A stretch of 62,479 nucleotides of DNA, counting the filler, from Globobulimina sp. (Eukaryota): the NCBI GenBank assembly GCA_003354225.1. It is 34 parts of 34 records of this genome, joined end to end, with 100 filler letters (N's around TTAATTAATTAA, not from the genome) between each part and the next. Parts side by side here need not be neighbours in the genome. Positions count along the whole stretch, not along the records: positions 58,902 to 60,640 come from PIVH01012507.1; positions 60,741 to 62,479 come from PIVH01012508.1; 32 more parts are not named here. The stretch is one strand, 5' to 3'. Position numbers and translations under genes: made by a program. Shown piece after piece: positions 58,902 to 62,479 of this stretch (the first letter of the stretch is position 1; every line of letters begins with the position of its first letter). The notes under the pieces were generated by a model, which saw nothing but the letters and a program-made list of their open reading frames with translations, did no database searches and was not told where the DNA came from.

Positions 58902-60436
58902 CTGCGCCACTCCCGTTGCCCAACAAACGCTGCTGTTTCAGCACAGGTTCGTACTGTTTGAAACTTGACACAATTTTGCCAGCGCTGGAACAGTCCAATA
59001 TGATCATGCTCGGCGTCTGCAGCCACTGCGCAATGTCCAAAATAGACACTGGCAGATATTCACTGAAGTTGCTGTTAAAAAACCACAGCTCGCCATGCTC
59101 TGTCGGCCGCGGCACTCCGTGTCCGTTATAATGGAAAATAACGCGTCGGTCAGTGGCATACTGTCGTAAATGTCCACAAGTTTGCCGCACTAATTCCGGA
59201 TTGCCATCCAAGATCTTCTTAACATTCAATTTGCGCGATTTGCCCTTCCAAGCACTATATTGCTGTTCCAGTCGCTTGGCAATGACCTCCAACGCCCGCG
59301 ACGCCGGCAACTCGTTGGGGTTCATCCAGCACTCAGACACCGCGCAGGGATTAGTGCGCACAATGTCGGGCGGGTCGACGCCGATATTGAGGCACAAACT
59401 GAGTATGATGCCTTCGGTGCGCATGGCGCGTTTGTCCTTTTCTTTGGCGCGCCATTGTTTGACGAATTGGCGCCGCTGTTTGGTGAACTCTTCGTGGTGG
59501 AAATATAGGTGGCGGTGTTGCTGGAAGTAGGTGTATTTCTGCGGAGTGGTGAACATTAAGGACGACAATGAAGCGGCTTGCGTGGATTTCATGCAACTGT
59601 TGCGGTTGTTGTAGCTGATGTGGATGGGCTGCTGCAGTTGCTTCATTTGAAAGGAGTTGAAAGCGGTGTGGTTGTGGGTGGAGGAGGAAGGCGTACCGCC
59701 CATCGCCATCAATAAGGGCGCGTTGTTGCTGCTGTAACTATTGTAGGTATATGGCACTGTGGATATATGCGTGGATGTCGGTGGAATGAAATGAAATGAT
59801 CCGTGTATCCTTGCACTTAACTTTTGGTCGCAACCCGTTGTACGCGTAAGAAAGGCGATAGAATGTCTTCATCGGTGTCCGCTGCGGTTTTGTGTTGTGT
59901 ACATTGAGGCGTTGTACATGCAATGGAGGGGTCTATGGAGGTACGCGTGGATACGATGTGTGTGTTGAATTTGTTGCGATTGGTGGAGGATGAGAGCGAT
60001 TGGGTGATTTGTAAGGTAATGAGTTGCGCGGTGTGTTGTTTGTGTTGGGGGAGGTTTTGTGTTTGTTGGTGTTGTTATTGATATTGATATTGGGGTTGGA
60101 GAGGAGTGGTGGGGTATTTTTGAAGTTGTTGATGAAAGTGTTGGTAGTGACATGGCCATATTTTGGCGATGGTTTGCTTTTGTAGTTTGTGGTGGGTTGG
60201 GAATGGTAATTGGAGACATTGCCGGTTTTGGAGGAGATGAAGTTGCGTTGATATTTGTGATAACTTCGCTGGTTGGAGTTCATGGTTTGTTTGATGTTAT
60301 GCTGTTTACGTTTTTGGTAATATTGTTGCCAATAATCGTACGATGAATGGGTGTTATTGGCGCTTTTAACAACATTTGGATTGTCACCGTCGTCGCCGGA
60401 ATCTGAGGAGGAATCGTCGGTATTCCAAGCTGCCAT
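58902..60436 (-). CDS. RPTOR: Raptor/KOG1 N-terminal region; 3'-partial; intron 59757-59821; apparent frameshift in exon 1
   Basis: LCLNIGVDPPD, RVIFHYNGHGVPRPT, TPSMIILDCSSAG (RNC domain). Confidence 0.92.
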
Positions 60437-60956
60437 TGTCTCAGTTTCGTTTTTAAAGTCACATGTAAAAACTTGCATTGACCGCCATTTATTGAAACGA
60501 ATGGTTACGAATCGAAATGTTTGGTAATGAATGATACTATTATAATAATATCCATTGTCAAAAAGAACATCCCACAAATCCGTTGAAAACTTGTTTTGGT
60601 ATAAAGTTCAACATCCATACAAGATCGATCTCCTTTTTTTNNNNNNNNNNNNNNNNNNNNNNNNNNNNNNNNNNNNNNNNNNNNTTAATTAATTAANNNN
60701 NNNNNNNNNNNNNNNNNNNNNNNNNNNNNNNNNNNNNNNNATTCTAACCAACGCGTAATGGGTATGAATGGCATTCATTATCATTCATTACAAGTCATTC
60801 CTAATCATATCCATTCATTCCCACTCAAATCCATTCAATATATAATTCTCAAATAAATCAAAAAAATGCCAGTCTTATTTGGATTGGGTCTTAGCAATTT
60901 ATTATATTAGAACTGTAAAAAAGAAAAACCACACAATCAATAACAAATTGTTTTTT

Positions 60957-62192
60957 TTAGGAGTTGCCATTTTGATACGATTTCAATCCATCTGTAATAT
61001 GCTTATTGCAATAAATTCCAATTATTTGAGAAAATTTAACATTTTGAGATGATAAGCCATTATAATTAATATCAGATGAAATACAATTAAAACAAACATA
61101 TGCATCACAGTCTTTATTCCAACATTGTTCCATCTCATTCTCAGCATTTAATGATAATAAATGTTTATTTGATTTATATAATAATTTATATTTAATATTA
61201 CATCGATTACATTCGATCACTTCATCATCGCTACATTTCTCACAAATATATGCATCATATTCATCATTATTGCCTTCATCGTGATGTTTGATGACACATT
61301 TACCACAAAAGGACTTATCACATCCAATACACCATAAACAATCACAGCAACCATCACAAAATACAGCGTTGCATACTGAGCAATTACTAATAAAATCCAC
61401 GTCGTCATAATGTCTAAATGAGTCATGACATAATAAATTAACGGCATTGCCACAATTTCCACCACATTTAACATTTGTTTTCTTTTCACAGTCTTCACAA
61501 ATACAATGATACTCTTCTTGATATACAATACAATCTAAACAAAACATTTTAGCACAATTTATACATTCTGCGATTTGATAATTACTGGCATCATTTCTTT
61601 GACAATCATAACAAATATTTACTGTACGATTGCATTTTGAGCACGGATCTGGATTAAAACCAGAAAGCCATTCACAATGACATTCGACAATCATACCATT
61701 ACAATTTGTGCATTTCTCGCAATTTGGTGGCCAATACAGCTTATTATATTGATGGCATTCACAATCAATTGAAACCACTGCAAATTGCATACATTCATCG
61801 CAATAAAACTGATCTGAATCTGAGCAAAATTTGAATCCTAATTCTTTTGAATTTTCATGATCGGGGTCGTATTCTTCAATATCATTATTTAATATAAATA
61901 TCATTTTGTCACATTGTGTATTTGCACAATATTCGATGCTGCCAGTTGCATATTCTGCGATTTCTTTACTTATAATTGGACAAATATTTAATTGGTTAAC
62001 TAATTGCGAATTATCAATCGCATTAAAAATATTTTCAAATTGTTTATGATCAGAATCATCCAGGAATAATTTGGAATGGATTTGTGTTTGTGGTTCTTCT
62101 ATTTTTTGTCTTTTAGGCTGTGGCTCATCTTGATATGGTTCTGATTTATTATTTTCTTGATCTAAATCACGAAATAATCGCTTTTTTGACAT
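60957..62192 (-). CDS. Cys-rich protein with many CxxC repeats
   Basis: More than 15 CxxC-type pairs; NLS-like PQPKRQK. Confidence 0.7.
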   Translation of the reverse strand: MSKKRLFRDLDQENNKSEPYQDEPQPKRQKIEEPQTQIHSKLFLDDSDHKQFENIFNAIDNSQLVNQLNICPIISKEIAEYATGSIEYCANTQCDKMIFILNNDIEEYDPDHENSKELGFKFCSDSDQFYCDECMQFAVVSIDCECHQYNKLYWPPNCEKCTNCNGMIVECHCEWLSGFNPDPCSKCNRTVNICYDCQRNDASNYQIAECINCAKMFCLDCIVYQEEYHCICEDCEKKTNVKCGGNCGNAVNLLCHDSFRHYDDVDFISNCSVCNAVFCDGCCDCLWCIGCDKSFCGKCVIKHHDEGNNDEYDAYICEKCSDDEVIECNRCNIKYKLLYKSNKHLLSLNAENEMEQCWNKDCDAYVCFNCISSDINYNGLSSQNVKFSQIIGIYCNKHITDGLKSYQNGNS

Positions 62193-62337
62193 TGTGCTTG
62201 GCAGTAAAAGATGTTGAAAGAAAAGAGCTTTTTTGTGATGAAAATATTGACAAGTTTTGGCATACTTAATTTGGATAGCCATGAAGCGAAATTTCACTGA
62301 ATTGGAGGATGGAGCTCATCCTAATCCCCGTAAAAAA

Positions 62338-62479
62338 ATGAAAGCATTCGTACAATGTCCAATCTGTCAATCATCAGTTTACAAATCATTCATAAATTTT
62401 CATATCGATACAGGATGTATCAACAAAAAAACAATTAAAAATAAAAAGAAAACAAAATCAAATATTATTAATGCACCAA
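62338..62479 (+). CDS. N-terminal UBZ4 (Rad18-type) zinc finger, WRNIP1/Mgs1-like start; not in the ORF track
   Basis: MKAFVQCPICQSSVYKSFINFHIDTGC; open to the window end. Confidence 0.65.
   Translation, partial: MKAFVQCPICQSSVYKSFINFHIDTGCINKKTIKNKKKTKSNIINAP

Noticed and set aside
59933-59935. TAG readthrough or alternative genetic code in Raptor
   Set aside because: Reading through leaves the wrong phase for the downstream intron, and other genes here end normally at TAA, TAG or TGA.

Overview
This window is not one locus. It is a pseudo-scaffold of 34 short contigs (1739-1742 bp, sorted by decreasing length) joined by 100-nt linkers (44 N + TTAATTAATTAA + 44 N), so adjacency across linkers means nothing. 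Most contigs are AT-rich eukaryotic genomic DNA with short GT-AG introns (about 50-115 nt), very short intergenic spacers and Asn-rich proteins. The gene repertoire and style suggest a protist, possibly a foraminiferan/rhizarian, but this is inference because no marker gene is present. Recognisable genes: a Cav-type channel (domain I), NUP43, Ras, a Rab32/38/29-family GTPase, COMMD5, SDHA, SMC4, RPTOR, a class I PDE, CorA, an MDHAR-like reductase, ornithine cyclodeaminase, a multi-TM/RGS fusion and a PPR protein with an E+/DYW-like tail. Mobile or viral material: a Polinton/Maverick-type major capsid gene, a compact virus-like contig with an AAAATTGA motif and a helically phased repeat array, an LTR-type reverse transcriptase with IQDD instead of YxDD, a Penelope-type minimal hammerhead ribozyme, a degenerate intron-containing tRNA and several MITE-like foldback elements. 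Some contigs appear chimeric (bacterial gap/FKBP fragments joined at a 21-nt shared word; a glyS-like tip), so within-contig neighbourhoods also need read-level checks. All family calls come from motif recognition, not database searches.
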